Source of the DNA: Vicinamibacterales bacterium | GTDB lineage: Bacteria; Acidobacteriota; Vicinamibacteria; Vicinamibacterales; UBA2999 | Direction of reading: 5' to 3' | DNA: 64,000 nt | NCBI GenBank assembly: GCA_035495795.1 | Contig: DATJFF010000252.1 | Coordinates: 4,745 to 68,744, forward strand | Shown: positions 35,055-46,572 of the stretch, piece by piece | Numbering within the stretch: the first letter of the stretch is position 1 | Layout of the letters: each line of letters begins with the position of its first letter | The notes under the pieces: generated by a model | Seen by the model: only the letters and a program-made list of their open reading frames with translations | Told to the model about the DNA's origin: nothing | Databases searched by the model: none | Program-made: the position numbers and the translations under genes

Positions 35055-36085
35055 AGATCGTCAAGCGGCTACTCCTGCTTGCGGTGCTGCTTGCGCTTGC
35101 CGCCGGCGCAGGCGCCTGGGTCGTGTATCAGCGCGTGCAACAACCGTTTCGCGGCTTCGATGGTCCCGAGCAGTTCGTCGAGATCGCACCCGGGACCGGC
35201 GCCAGCACCATCGGTGCCCGCCTCGCCGAGGCAGGTGTGGTTCGCGATGCGCGCACCTTCAGGCTTGCCCTCTGGTTGTCGGGCCGGGGGCGTGACCTGA
35301 AAGCAGGGGAGTATCGTTTCGATCGCGAGGCGACGCCGTTCGAGGTGATCGATCGCATCGCGCGCGGTGACGTCTACAAGCGGCTGATCACGTTTCGCGA
35401 GGGGCTCACGATTCGCGAGATGGCGCAGGTATTCGAAGAGCGCGGGTTCGGCGCGGCGGCCGAGTTCGAACAGGCGGCGAAGAACGCCAGTCTGATTGCC
35501 GACCTGGATTCGGAGGCCGCCGACCTCGAGGGTTACTTGTTTCCTGAAACCTACGCGCTGCCGCGCGGCACGAGCGCCGCCGAGCTCGTCACGCAGATGG
35601 TGGGACTCTTCAAGCGGCTCTACGCCGAGCCGCTCCGGGCCGAAGCGGCGGCGGCCGGGTTCAGCACAAGACAGATCGTGACACTTGCCTCGCTCGTCGA
35701 GAAGGAGACCGCGCGGCGAGAGGAACGTCCGCTGGTCGCGGCCGTCTACCGAAACCGGTTGAAGGTCGGGATGGGCATGCAGGCCGATCCGACCGTGATC
35801 TTCGCCCTGCAGCGGGCGGGACGCTACGACGGCAACCTGTCGCGCGAGGATCTCCAGTTCGACTCGCACTACAACACGTACCGATACCCGGGACTGCCGC
35901 CGGGTCCGATCGCCTCCCCGGGACTCGCCTCGTTGGAGGCCGCCGTCCGCCCCGCTGCCGTCTCGCACCTGTATTTCGTCAGCCGCAACGACGGCTCGCA
36001 CGTCTTCGCCGACACGCTCGCCGAGCACAACCGCAACGTCCAGCAGTGGCAGGTGGAGTACTTCCGCGAGCGGAGACATCGCTGA
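35051..36085 (+). CDS. mltG: endolytic murein transglycosylase MltG (YceG)
   Basis: N-terminal TM. GEYRF, ASLVEKET, YNTYRYPGLPPGPIASPG. Confidence 0.9.
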   Translation: MKIVKRLLLLAVLLALAAGAGAWVVYQRVQQPFRGFDGPEQFVEIAPGTGASTIGARLAEAGVVRDARTFRLALWLSGRGRDLKAGEYRFDREATPFEVIDRIARGDVYKRLITFREGLTIREMAQVFEERGFGAAAEFEQAAKNASLIADLDSEAADLEGYLFPETYALPRGTSAAELVTQMVGLFKRLYAEPLRAEAAAAGFSTRQIVTLASLVEKETARREERPLVAAVYRNRLKVGMGMQADPTVIFALQRAGRYDGNLSREDLQFDSHYNTYRYPGLPPGPIASPGLASLEAAVRPAAVSHLYFVSRNDGSHVFADTLAEHNRNVQQWQVEYFRERRHR

Positions 36086-36285
36086 TCGAAAATGAGCTGC
36101 CAGGCCGGGGCCATACGGAATTCCGCTGGCGGCATGCCGGGTCCCCGTCAGCTGAATCGGACGGCCGGAAAAATGCCGGCCGAATCGCCAGTTGGTCCGT
36201 GGCACCGAGCTTGCGTTGACAGTCATCAGACGGCGCGCGTTGGCGACGCCACTCGGCCGGGCCGCGCACGCCAGGAGGCCGCATC

Positions 36286-36789
36286 ATGATCGCCCTGAAG
36301 ACCATTCTGGTGCCGACCGACTTCTCCGAGCCGTCGCGGCAGGCGCTCGAATACGGACGGCATTTCGCGCGTCAGTTCCGCGCTCGCCTCCACGTCCTGC
36401 ACACCGTCGAGAACGTGATGATCCCCGGCGGAGCCGAAGTGCCGGTGGCCGCCATCCAGCAGGTTGAGCAGGGGCTCGAGGCAGTCGCGATCCGGCAGAT
36501 GAAGGAGTCCATCACTGCCGACGACCGCGCCATGCTCGACCCGGTGACGGTCGTGCGCGGCGCGCGAGCCGCAGCCATCGACATTGTCGAATATGCCCTC
36601 GAGCACGAGATCGACTTGATCGTCATGGGCACGCACGGCCGCGGCGCGCTGCGTCACCTGCTGATGGGGAGCGTCGCCGAGCGCGTGGTCCGATCCGCGC
36701 CGTGCCCGGTGTTGACGGTGCACGCCGTCGAGCGAGACTTCCTCCAGCCCGACGCGATGGAGGCTGCCGCTAGCGTTCGTGCCACTTGA
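36286..36789 (+). CDS. universal stress protein
   Basis: [11 protein letters not shown]... [36 protein letters not shown]. Confidence 0.85.
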   Translation: MIALKTILVPTDFSEPSRQALEYGRHFARQFRARLHVLHTVENVMIPGGAEVPVAAIQQVEQGLEAVAIRQMKESITADDRAMLDPVTVVRGARAAAIDIVEYALEHEIDLIVMGTHGRGALRHLLMGSVAERVVRSAPCPVLTVHAVERDFLQPDAMEAAASVRAT

Positions 36790-37621
36790 GCTTCTGGCGC
36801 AGCACCTCGAAGTAGCTCCGTGACGAGGCACGGACCAGCCGCAGCGGGCGTGCCGCGCGGGCAATGGAAACCGCCTGGCCGGTGGCCAGCGGAAAGCCCG
36901 ACTGTCCGTCGAACGTGACATGAATCCCATCGCTGGGCGTCGCGGCCTCGACCCGCACGTCGCGGGACGCGGGGATCACGATCGGCCGGTTGGTCAAGGT
37001 GTGCGGCGCGATCGGAGTGATCACCAGGGCGTCCATCGCCGGGTGCACGATCGGGCCACCGGCCGACAGGTTGTAGGCGGTGGACCCGGTCGGGCTGGCG
37101 ATGATCAGTCCGTCGGCTTTCACCGTCGTCACGAACTGCTCGCCAACCCACACGGACACTTCCACCATCCGCGACAGCGCGTGTCGCGTGACGACCACGT
37201 CGTTGAGGGCGATGAAGCTATCGCCGCCGACCGTCGCCCGCAGCATCATCCGCTCGTCGTGGCCGGCGCGACCGCCGACGACCGCGTCGAGCGATTCGAA
37301 TAACTCGGGCCTGGTGATCTCGGTCAGGAAGCCGAGCGAACCGAAGTTCACGCCGAGAATCGGGATGTCCCGCTCCGCGGCGGCGATGCGGTCGGCCATG
37401 GCCAGCAGCGTGCCGTCGCCGCCGAGGACGAGCACGAGATCGGCGTCACCGGGAATGTCCTCGCGCAGCGCGACGCGCCGACTGGCGTCCTGGGGCAGGA
37501 GATCCGCCGCCTCAGGTGACCAGACCGCGTCGATCTGGTGCGCCGCGAGCCAGCGGGCAATGTCGGCGAGCGTCTCACGTGCCTCGATCAGCGCCGGCTT
37601 GGTGACGATTCCAATCTTCAC
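36770..37621 (-). CDS. nadK: NAD(+) kinase
   Basis: [41 protein letters not shown]. Confidence 0.9.
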   Translation of the reverse strand: MKIGIVTKPALIEARETLADIARWLAAHQIDAVWSPEAADLLPQDASRRVALREDIPGDADLVLVLGGDGTLLAMADRIAAAERDIPILGVNFGSLGFLTEITRPELFESLDAVVGGRAGHDERMMLRATVGGDSFIALNDVVVTRHALSRMVEVSVWVGEQFVTTVKADGLIIASPTGSTAYNLSAGGPIVHPAMDALVITPIAPHTLTNRPIVIPASRDVRVEAATPSDGIHVTFDGQSGFPLATGQAVSIARAARPLRLVRASSRSYFEVLRQKLKWHER

Positions 37622-37654
37622 GATCGCGCCTCAAACCTTGATCGGATACGCAAC

Positions 37655-38395
37655 TCAACTGGGCTGTGGAGTGAGGAGCATCAAATACTCCTTGTTGCCC
37701 TGGGCCCCCGTGATCGGCGACTCGGTCAGGGCGCGGCGCTCCAATCCTACTTCAGCGGCCGCGCGGGTGACGTCGGCGATCACGCGCTCGTGTACCTCCG
37801 GCTTCGTGACGACGCCCTTCTTGCCGACGTCCTTGCGCCCGGCTTCGAACTGCGGCTTGACCAGCGCGATGACGCGTGCGGAGGAGCGGAGCAAGGTGGG
37901 GAGCACGGGAAAGATCAGGGCCAGCGAAATGAAGGACACGTCGATCACGACGATGTCCACGCCGGCGCCGATGTCGGGCAGATCGGCACGCGTCAGGCGG
38001 CGCGCATTGGATCCTTCGATGACGGTGACCCGCGGATCCTGGCGCAGCTTCCAGTGCAGTTGCCCGTGACCGACGTCGAGCGCGATCACGTGACGGGCGC
38101 CGCGCTGGAGCAGGGCGTCCGTGAATCCGCCGGTGGATGCCCCGATGTCGAGAGCAAGCGCTCCCGTGACGTCCATGCCGAATACCTCGAGCGCGTGGGC
38201 CAGCTTGAGGCCGCCGCGACTGGCGTACGGATGCTCGGGGCCGAGCACGCGCACGTCGGCATTCACGTCGACCATGGTTCCGGCCTTGTGGGCGCGGTGC
38301 CCGCCGACATCCACCTGGCCGGCGAGAATCATCGCCCTGGCTTTCTCCCGCGACTCAACGAGTCCCTTCTGCGCCAGCAGTGCGTCGAGACGCAT
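37655..38395 (-). CDS. tlyA: TlyA family rRNA (cytidine-2'-O)-methyltransferase
   Basis: S4 domain MRLDALLAQKGLVESREKARAMI. FtsJ-like domain DIGASTGGFTD. The upstream ATG at 38452 is an alternative start. Confidence 0.85.
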   Translation of the reverse strand: MRLDALLAQKGLVESREKARAMILAGQVDVGGHRAHKAGTMVDVNADVRVLGPEHPYASRGGLKLAHALEVFGMDVTGALALDIGASTGGFTDALLQRGARHVIALDVGHGQLHWKLRQDPRVTVIEGSNARRLTRADLPDIGAGVDIVVIDVSFISLALIFPVLPTLLRSSARVIALVKPQFEAGRKDVGKKGVVTKPEVHERVIADVTRAAAEVGLERRALTESPITGAQGNKEYLMLLTPQPS

Positions 38396-38548
38396 CCGTC
38401 TAGACGGCTTGAAGGGCGAGAATTCGTGATCCTGACTCAAGTTTCTTTCCACCCTTCAAGCCGTCTCGCCGCGCGGAGCGCGGCAAGGCGACACTGGCCT
38501 GGCGAGGCGGAGCCACATGCCTGTTGGTCCGATGCTCAGCCTCGCTAG

Positions 38549-39499
38549 TCATGTGCGCCGCTCGATGATCCAGTGGGCGATGCCGCGCAGGTGCGAGTCC
38601 GCGAGGCCGGCATCAACGAGGGCCTGGTCCGCGTCGCGCAGGCATGCGGCGGCGCGGGCGCGTGCGCCGTCGAGGCCGTACAGCGAGACGTAGGTCGGTT
38701 TGCCGGCGGCGGCGTCCTTCCCGGCAGTCTTTCCGAGATCCGCCGAGGCGCCTTCGACATCGAGGATGTCGTCCACGATCTGGAAAGCCAGGCCAATCTG
38801 GCGCGCGTAGCGATCGAGCGCCGACAACGTCTCGGCCTCGGCTCCGCCGATGATGGCGCCCGCGAGCACGGAGGCGCGAATCAGCGCCCCGGTCTTCCGC
38901 GCGTGCATGTCGGCCAATTGCGTGGCGCCAAGCGGCGCCGGCACGCTCCCATCCGGGCGCGTGTGGGTCGGATCGGCAGCGAGGTCGACGGCCTGGCCAC
39001 CGACCATGCCGATGGCGCCGGCCGCTTCCGCGACGACGAGCAGGGCCCTCAGCTTGCGCGACACGAGAACTGGATCGCTGGTGTCCGGGAGCCGTGACAG
39101 CACCGCGAACGCCTCGGCCTGCAGGCCGTCGCCGGCGAGAATCGCCATCCCCTCGCCGAACACCACGTGCGACGTCGGCCGTCCGCGCCGCAGCGAATCG
39201 TCGTCCATTGCCGGCAGATCGTCGTGGATCAGCGAGTAGGTATGAATCATCTCCACCGCGCAGGCGGCGGGCAGCGCGTGGCGACGGGCCTCGTCGGCAT
39301 CGGCGCCGGCCACGGCTTCCGCGGCGGCGAGCACGAGCAGCGGGCGGAGCCGCTTGCCGCCGGCGAGCAGCGAATAGCGCATCGCCTCCACGATGACCGC
39401 CGGTGCGCCGGCAGGGAGCATGGCTGGCAGTGCGGTCTCCAGCAGCGTGCGACGTGTCTCGAGATACTCCGGCAGGGTCACGGCCGTCGAACCGCTCAA
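38549..39499 (-). CDS. ispA: polyprenyl (farnesyl/geranylgeranyl) diphosphate synthase
   Basis: First DDxxD block LIHDDLPAMDDDSLRRGRPTSH. Second block FQIVDDILD. Confidence 0.85.
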   Translation of the reverse strand: MSGSTAVTLPEYLETRRTLLETALPAMLPAGAPAVIVEAMRYSLLAGGKRLRPLLVLAAAEAVAGADADEARRHALPAACAVEMIHTYSLIHDDLPAMDDDSLRRGRPTSHVVFGEGMAILAGDGLQAEAFAVLSRLPDTSDPVLVSRKLRALLVVAEAAGAIGMVGGQAVDLAADPTHTRPDGSVPAPLGATQLADMHARKTGALIRASVLAGAIIGGAEAETLSALDRYARQIGLAFQIVDDILDVEGASADLGKTAGKDAAAGKPTYVSLYGLDGARARAAACLRDADQALVDAGLADSHLRGIAHWIIERRT

Positions 39500-39547
39500 T
39501 TCGCTTCGGTTGAGTATCCGAATGCCCGGACGACGCGCATTGAGGGG

Positions 39548-39793
39548 TTACGCGTCATCGTCTCGGTCGAGCCCGAGCGCCGGGGACGCCGGTTTCGCAT
39601 CACCGCGTTCGTTGAGCACGTCGATGCGGCGCTCGGCGGCCTCGAGCTGGCCATGGCAATAGCGCGAGAGCGTCACCCCGCGCTCGTAGAGCTCCAATGA
39701 AGTTTCGAGCGGCAGGTCGCCTTCCTCGAGCTTCTTCACGATCGTCTCGAGCTCGGCGATGGCCGCCTCGAAGTCCTTGATGGTCGGATCCAT
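39548..39793 (-). CDS. xseB: exodeoxyribonuclease VII small subunit
   Basis: FEAAIAELETIVKKLEEGDLPLETSLELYERG. Confidence 0.85.
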   Translation of the reverse strand: MDPTIKDFEAAIAELETIVKKLEEGDLPLETSLELYERGVTLSRYCHGQLEAAERRIDVLNERGDAKPASPALGLDRDDDA

Positions 39794-39843
39794 GGCTGAC
39801 CAGCGATTGTACTGCGCGCGATACCGCCCGCTGACCCGAGCGA

Positions 39844-41382
39844 TCAGGAATCGGTGACACGCGCGCGGATCTCGCCGCGCTCCAGTGTGACGCGAATGGG
39901 ATCGCCGGGAGCCACGCTCTCAGCATCGCGGACGATGCGGGTGCGCTCGCCGTCCCAGCAGACAGCGTAGCCGCGGCCCAGCACGGCGAGTGGGCTGAGA
40001 CCATCGAGATGCGCCGCGAGTTCGCGGAACCGGCCCTGGACCCGATGGAGCCGCCGCGTCGCGGCGCCGCGGAGCCGCACGTCCTGGCCGACCAGCGTGG
40101 CCCGAACGCGGGCCAGCCGGTGGCGCGGATCGAACTGATCGAGGGTCCGGCGTGCCGTTTCCAGACGCCGGCGGCGCGCTGCAATCGCCCCCCGGGCGGC
40201 GTGTTTCAGGTCGGAGGTCAACTCGCCGACGTGCCGGGACCGCCACGCCATTCGGCCGGGGTAACCGGCGAACCCGGGCCGGGCCTGCAGCGCGTGCAGC
40301 CGCGAGTCGAAGCGGCGAACCCGGTTGAGCATGGCCGCGCGCAGCTGCTGCACCAGCCGCCGGATGTGAGCGGTGAACTCGTCCTTCTGCCGCACCACCA
40401 TTTCCGCGGCGGCCGACGGCGTCGGCGCCCGCAAGTCGGCGGCGAAGTCCGCAATCGTGACGTCGGTTTCGTGGCCGACGGCGGAGATCACGGGAATGGG
40501 ACAAGCGGCGATGGCGCGAGCGACGATTTCCTCGTTGAATGCCCAGAGGTCTTCGAGCGACCCGCCGCCCCGGCCGACGATGACGACGTCCACGTGATCG
40601 ATCCGGGCGACGAGACGCAGGGCGCGCGCGATTTCTCCAGACGCCCCTTCACCTTGAACGCGAGTGGGTGAGATCACCAGGTGCGCGTTTGGATAGCGCC
40701 TGCGCAAGACGCGCACGATGTCACGCAGCGCCGCGCCGTCGATCGAGGTCACGATACCAATGCGGCGGGGCAGCGCCGGCAGCGGCCTCTTGCGCGTCTC
40801 GGCGAACAACCCCTCGGCGGCGAGCTTCTTCTTCAACTGCTCGAAGGCGAGCTGCAGCTCCCCGAGCCCCTGCGGCTCGAGGTGTTCGCAGACCAGCTGG
40901 TACTCACCCTTCGGCTCGTAAACGCTGATCCGTCCGCGCACGGTGACGCACAGGCCGTCGGTCGGCTTGAACTTGAGCAGGCGCAGTGTCGAGCGGAACA
41001 CCACGCCCTTGATCTGCGCGTTGGCGTCCTTGAGCGTGAAGTAGAAGTGGCCGGAGTTCCAGGTCCGGCCGCCGGAGATCTCACCCTGGACCCAGATCTC
41101 GTCGAACGTCTCCTCGACGACGTTGCGCAGCCGCGCGGAAAGCTGAGAGACGGTCAGAGGTAGACGCCTCACGGCGGGTGCGGCGGGTGCGACCGGTGCG
41201 GCTGGTGCGAGGGGTGCGCGTGCGACAGGTGCGGAAGGTGCGACTGGTGCGGCCGGCTCGCTCGGTTTGCGGTGCGCCGGATCCTCGTCATCCATCGGAG
41301 CGGGTCTGGCGGGCTGGCCGCGCCGAAGCTTCTCGTCCTCCGGGGGAGAAGAAACAGGATCGTCGAAGGGGAGCATGCTCAT
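39844..41382 (-). CDS. xseA: exodeoxyribonuclease VII large subunit with Ala/Pro-rich N-terminal extension
   Basis: OB fold + catalytic domain (IWVQGEISG..., GIVTS..GAALRDI, GRGGGSLEDLWAFN). ATGA overlap with ymdB supports the long form. GTG at 41172 is an alternative start. Confidence 0.85.
   Translation of the reverse strand: MSMLPFDDPVSSPPEDEKLRRGQPARPAPMDDEDPAHRKPSEPAAPVAPSAPVARAPLAPAAPVAPAAPAVRRLPLTVSQLSARLRNVVEETFDEIWVQGEISGGRTWNSGHFYFTLKDANAQIKGVVFRSTLRLLKFKPTDGLCVTVRGRISVYEPKGEYQLVCEHLEPQGLGELQLAFEQLKKKLAAEGLFAETRKRPLPALPRRIGIVTSIDGAALRDIVRVLRRRYPNAHLVISPTRVQGEGASGEIARALRLVARIDHVDVVIVGRGGGSLEDLWAFNEEIVARAIAACPIPVISAVGHETDVTIADFAADLRAPTPSAAAEMVVRQKDEFTAHIRRLVQQLRAAMLNRVRRFDSRLHALQARPGFAGYPGRMAWRSRHVGELTSDLKHAARGAIAARRRRLETARRTLDQFDPRHRLARVRATLVGQDVRLRGAATRRLHRVQGRFRELAAHLDGLSPLAVLGRGYAVCWDGERTRIVRDAESVAPGDPIRVTLERGEIRARVTDS
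41173..41254. repeat. in-frame 9-bp tandem repeat (NNNGGTGCG on + strand, about 9 units) inside the xseA 5' region
   Basis: GGTGCG recurs at 41177, 41186, 41195, 41204, 41213, (41220), 41228, 41237 and 41246. Encodes APV/APA/APS-type triplets. Confidence 0.85.
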
Positions 41383-42203
41383 GCCGTGGCGTCCGGTTCG
41401 CTGGCCCAGGCGTCGATCGTGGCGCTGGTGACGGCGACACGCTCGATTGCCGTTGCCCGGCCGCTGGCCGGGTCCAGCGTCAGGATCGCGCCGTGCAGGC
41501 GGACATCGCCGCCTGCCGGTTCGAAGCGGGCCGGCATGCCGGTCCGGAACCGGGTGATCACACCTTGCCGATCCATGCCGATGACTCCGTCATGTGGCCC
41601 GGTCATGCCTGCATCGGTGAGGCAGGCCGTGCCTTCCGGCAGGATACGCTCATCCGCCGTCTGGACGTGCGTGTGTGTGCCGATCACCGCCGTCACCTTG
41701 CCGTCGAGCCACCACGAGAGCGCGATCTTCTCAGACGTCGTCTCGGCGTGGAAGTCCACGAGGATCGCCGAGGCGCCGGCCTCGCGGACGGCGGCGATCT
41801 CGCGCATCGCGATCACGAACGGATCGTCAAGGGTGGAGAGAAAGACTCGTCCCATCAGGCTGATCACGCCGACCTGGGTGCCGTCGGCGGCGGCGACGAC
41901 CACGCTGCCGCGTCCGGGCGTCCCGTCGGGATAGTTGGCCGGACGAATCAGCCGCGGCTCGCGGTCGATGAACTCCAGGATCTCGCGCTTGTCCCAGATG
42001 TGATTGCCGCCGGTAATCACATGCACGCCCGCCTTGAAGATTTCGTCGGCGTTCTCGCGCGTGATGCCGGCCCCGGCCGCGGCGTTCTCGCCGTTGGCGA
42101 CCACCAGGTCAGCGCCCAGGCGCCGGGCCAGCACCCGCGCCCCTCGCTTGACGATCTCGCGGCCGGGGCGGCCGACGATATCGCCGATGAAGAGCAGCTT
42201 CAC
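41379..42203 (-). CDS. YmdB-like metallophosphoesterase (TIGR00282 family, 2',3'-cyclic-nucleotide phosphodiesterase)
   Basis: GTG start. VKLLFIGDIVGRPGR, VANGENAAAGAGIT, ITGGNHIWDK, DFHAETTSEK. Confidence 0.8.
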   Translation of the reverse strand: MKLLFIGDIVGRPGREIVKRGARVLARRLGADLVVANGENAAAGAGITRENADEIFKAGVHVITGGNHIWDKREILEFIDREPRLIRPANYPDGTPGRGSVVVAAADGTQVGVISLMGRVFLSTLDDPFVIAMREIAAVREAGASAILVDFHAETTSEKIALSWWLDGKVTAVIGTHTHVQTADERILPEGTACLTDAGMTGPHDGVIGMDRQGVITRFRTGMPARFEPAGGDVRLHGAILTLDPASGRATAIERVAVTSATIDAWASEPDATA

Positions 42204-42652
42204 TCGCCGCCCGTCTCGATCGAGACGAGGATCTCGCGGCCGCGGCGCTCGACGATCTTCGGCACCGCGATCCGCAGCTCGCCGTTGACCAGCGTCGCCC
42301 GGGCCCGTGAGGCATCGACGGCAGCGTTGATCCGGACCGCACGCGCGAAGCGCCCGAAATCGCGCTCGACGAGGTGGAAGCTGGTGGGGATGCGCGACGG
42401 TTCGGCGCGATCCTTCTCGCCGACGACGAGGAGGATCCCGTTCTTGATCAGGATGCGCAGGCCGTCGGCCGGGATGCCCGGGACGTCGATCACCACCTCC
42501 ACGGCGTGCTCGGTCTCGAGCACGTCGAGGGTTGGCGAGCACTCGCCCGACACGTAGGGCCGTCGGTCCGGGCGGCGCCTCGCCAGGTCGTCGAACAGCC
42601 GGCGTACCTCATTCGAGAGATCCGGGGGGTCGTGCGACACCAGATAGGACAT
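42200..42652 (-). CDS. Hsp20/alpha-crystallin family small heat shock protein
   Basis: MSYLVSHD... TLDVLETEHAVEVVIDVPGI...LVNGELRIAVPK. The track ORF N-extension was trimmed. Confidence 0.8.
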   Translation of the reverse strand: MSYLVSHDPPDLSNEVRRLFDDLARRRPDRRPYVSGECSPTLDVLETEHAVEVVIDVPGIPADGLRILIKNGILLVVGEKDRAEPSRIPTSFHLVERDFGRFARAVRINAAVDASRARATLVNGELRIAVPKIVERRGREILVSIETGGE

Positions 42653-42704
42653 CCCCGTCGATTCTAGCGCGCCGCCCGCCCGTCGAGGCCACGCCGTGGG
42701 AAGG

Positions 42705-42748
42705 GGGGACAGTCCCCTGAGTCGGATCGAAGCAGGGGGACTGTCCCC
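42705..42748. promoter_or_regulatory. pair of 13-bp palindromes GGGGAC-W-GTCCCC (candidate operator) in the hsp20/dnaK divergent region
   Basis: GGGGACAGTCCCC 42705-42717 and GGGGACTGTCCCC 42736-42748. Centres are 31 bp apart. Confidence 0.4.
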
Positions 42749-42837
42749 TTTGTTCATAAGGATGAGCTTAGGCGTGACACCACCGTTCATTGGTGGCATC
42801 GGAGGATATATGAGCGACATGAGCTCATAAATTATGC

Positions 42838-42866
42838 TTGATTGGCACTCATTTAATCAGTAGAAT
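42838..42866 (+). promoter_or_regulatory. sigma-70-like promoter of dnaK (TTGATT-17 nt-TAGAAT)
   Basis: -35 at 42838-42843, -10 at 42861-42866. AT-rich island in otherwise GC-rich DNA. ATG at 42900. Confidence 0.55.
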
Positions 42867-42899
42867 GGGAGTCATCGAGTTGAGAAGCAGGAAAACAAC

Positions 42900-44792
<1,893 letters not shown>

Positions 44793-44805
44793 GGAGATGA
44801 CCACG

Positions 44806-45249
44806 ATGGCTACGATTGCCCGTTTCGATCCGTTCCGCGACCTCGCGGTTCTGCACGACCGCGTCAACCGCCTGTTCGGCGACGCCTACGGCGCCCGTGA
44901 AGAGGGTGTGCTCAGCAATTGGGCGCCGTCGGTGGACATCTTCGAGAACGAGAAGAAAGAGCTCGTGCTCAAGGCCGAACTGCCAGACGTCCGGAAAGAA
45001 GACGTCTCGGTGACGGTCGAGAACAACACGCTGACGCTGAGCGGCGAGCGGAAGTTCGACAGCGAAGTGAAGCGCGAGCACTACCACCGCATCGAGCGGT
45101 CCTACGGCACCTTCAGCCGATCGTTCTCACTGCCGGCGACCGTCGACACGACGAAGATCGGGGCGGAGTTCAAGCACGGGGTGCTGACGATTCGCCTGCC
45201 GTTCCGCGACGAAGCGAAGCCGCGAGCGATCAACATCGACGTGGCGTAA
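44806..45249 (+). CDS. Hsp20/alpha-crystallin family small heat shock protein
   Basis: AAGGAG SD 9 nt upstream. WAPSVDIFENEKKELVLKAELPDV..., AEFKHGVLTIRLP. Confidence 0.85.
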   Translation: MATIARFDPFRDLAVLHDRVNRLFGDAYGAREEGVLSNWAPSVDIFENEKKELVLKAELPDVRKEDVSVTVENNTLTLSGERKFDSEVKREHYHRIERSYGTFSRSFSLPATVDTTKIGAEFKHGVLTIRLPFRDEAKPRAINIDVA

Positions 45250-45303
45250 GCGGCAAGGGGAAGGCGAAGGCACAAGGCAGAAGGCACAAGGCCCAAGGCA
45301 GAA
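45250..45303 (+). repeat. GGCNNAA heptamer array (about 8 units)
   Basis: GCGGCAA GGGGAA GGCGAA GGCACAA GGCAGAA GGCACAA GGCCCAA GGCAGAA, starting directly after the stop at 45247-45249. Confidence 0.85.
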
Positions 45304-45342
45304 GAACGCCCCTGCGGAAGCATGAATTTCGCAGGGGCGTTC
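45304..45342. terminator. 13-bp perfect stem hairpin between convergent genes
   Basis: GAACGCCCCTGCG - 13 nt loop - CGCAGGGGCGTTC. Confidence 0.6.
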
Positions 45343-45355
45343 GTGTCTTAACCGA

Positions 45356-45652
45356 TCACCCGACCAGATGAACGTAGGTGGCTTTGTGCGTGCGTTCGAG
45401 AAAACCGGTCTCGACCAGATACGCGAGCAGGCGATCGCACAGCAGGCCATCTACGGCCCATAAGCACTTCGCCTGATCGCGGGTGAGGTTGAGTCCCGGC
45501 ATCTCGAGGTACTCCGCACGCACACGCTGCGCGAGCCCTTCGAAGTCGGGAAGTAGTGCCGATGAATGCTCGCCAGGGCGTGGGGGACGCTGCGCGCCCG
45601 TCGAGGTATCACCGGGGAACGGTGACGACGACGGTGTCCAATCGAGGCTCAT
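45356..45652 (-). CDS. hypothetical protein (possible winged-helix C-terminus)
   Basis: ORF only. ...LTRDQAKCLWAVDGLLCDRLLAYLVETGFLE. Confidence 0.4.
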   Translation of the reverse strand: MSLDWTPSSSPFPGDTSTGAQRPPRPGEHSSALLPDFEGLAQRVRAEYLEMPGLNLTRDQAKCLWAVDGLLCDRLLAYLVETGFLERTHKATYVHLVG

Positions 45653-45792
45653 GGCCTGCCTCCAACGTCGGATGTTGCGCCTGATGAGATTCGATGTCCA
45701 GTGACAAATTGACGCAGACAGGAGTGAGGGGGAAACGGTCGCTGCCGACCGGCGTCACCTCCGCATGGTAGGGTTGGATTGGAGGCCCCGAT

Positions 45793-46140
45793 ATGGTGCT
45801 CTTCCTCATTCACTGGCTGGTCGTGGCGCTTGGCCTTGGGGCCGCGGCGTACCTGGTGCCAGGCGTGACGATTTCTTCCGGAACGGCCCTGGCGCTCGGA
45901 GCGCTCGTACTCGGTTTCGTGAACGCCGTGATCCGGCCGGTGATGACCCTGCTCACGCTGCCGCTGACGATCGTCACCCTCGGACTCTTTTACTTCGTGG
46001 TCAACGCTGCGGCGTTCGCATTGGCGGCGGCACTGGTCCCTGGGTTTTCGGTGGGGTCGTTCGGGGCAGCGCTGCTCGGGGCTCTGGTTGTCAGCCTGGT
46101 CTCGTGGTTCGTCGGCGTGTTCGTCGGCGCTGGCAGGTGA
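45793..46140 (+). CDS. small 4-TM membrane protein (phage holin 4_2 / YvlD-like family)
   Basis: ...VNAVIRPVMTLLTLPLTIVTLGLFYFVVNA.... No prophage context. Confidence 0.6.
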   Translation: MVLFLIHWLVVALGLGAAAYLVPGVTISSGTALALGALVLGFVNAVIRPVMTLLTLPLTIVTLGLFYFVVNAAAFALAAALVPGFSVGSFGAALLGALVVSLVSWFVGVFVGAGR

Positions 46141-46195
46141 GCGTCCCATGTCCGTTCCACCTCAGCCGGCGCATCGCGTGCTAGACTAGACGGCT

Positions 46196-46525
46196 ATGTC
46201 TGACGTGGACGTGCAGAACAACGAGGCCCTGGACGGAGCCTCCGAAGCGCCGGCGGAGCGCCAGTCGGGGCAGCCCATCGAAAGCCGGTTTCTTTTCGTC
46301 GACGTGGCCGCGCTCCGGGCCAAGCAGCTCCGCCGCGGCGCCAAGTCGCGACTCGAGCCGGCGACCGAAAGCGAAGCGCCCGCTCCGCCGCCCGTCCCGG
46401 CACCCGTGCCGGGTGCCCCGACCGCTCGCAAGATCAAGGCTGAGCGGGTGGCGATGCAGGAAGTGCGGCAGCGCCTGGTCGAGTGGCAGCTGCCCGACTT
46501 CAAGGCGGTCTTCGACACGCGATAA
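46196..46525 (+). CDS. rpoZ: DNA-directed RNA polymerase subunit omega (probable)
   Basis: SRFLFVDVAALRAKQLRRG resembles the omega core helix. A later AMQEVRQRLVEW segment resembles Thermus-type omega. Confidence 0.55.
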   Translation: MSDVDVQNNEALDGASEAPAERQSGQPIESRFLFVDVAALRAKQLRRGAKSRLEPATESEAPAPPPVPAPVPGAPTARKIKAERVAMQEVRQRLVEWQLPDFKAVFDTR

Positions 46526-46572
46526 CAGGGACTGGAACCGGGACGGGCGGGGGTTCGTCTTCTCATCATGAG

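Noticed and set aside
36160-36185. Hairpin CGGCCGG-AAAAATG-CCGGCCG downstream of mltG as a terminator
   Set aside because: No U-tract follows it, and it is 75 nt from the stop. The evidence is too weak.
42661-42666. TAGAAT hexamer 8 nt upstream of the hsp20 ATG, implying a leaderless mRNA
   Set aside because: It has no credible -35 or extended -10, so it could be coincidental. It would need TSS mapping.
42838-42875. CIRCE (HrcA) operator at the dnaK promoter
   Set aside because: Only the left half, TTGGCACTC, resembles TTAGCACTC. No GAGTGCTAA partner lies 9 nt away. No HAIR or sigma-32 consensus was seen either.
45793-46140. Phage holin family protein as evidence of a prophage
   Set aside because: No phage genes flank it. 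This family (PF04020-like) is common as a chromosomal membrane protein.
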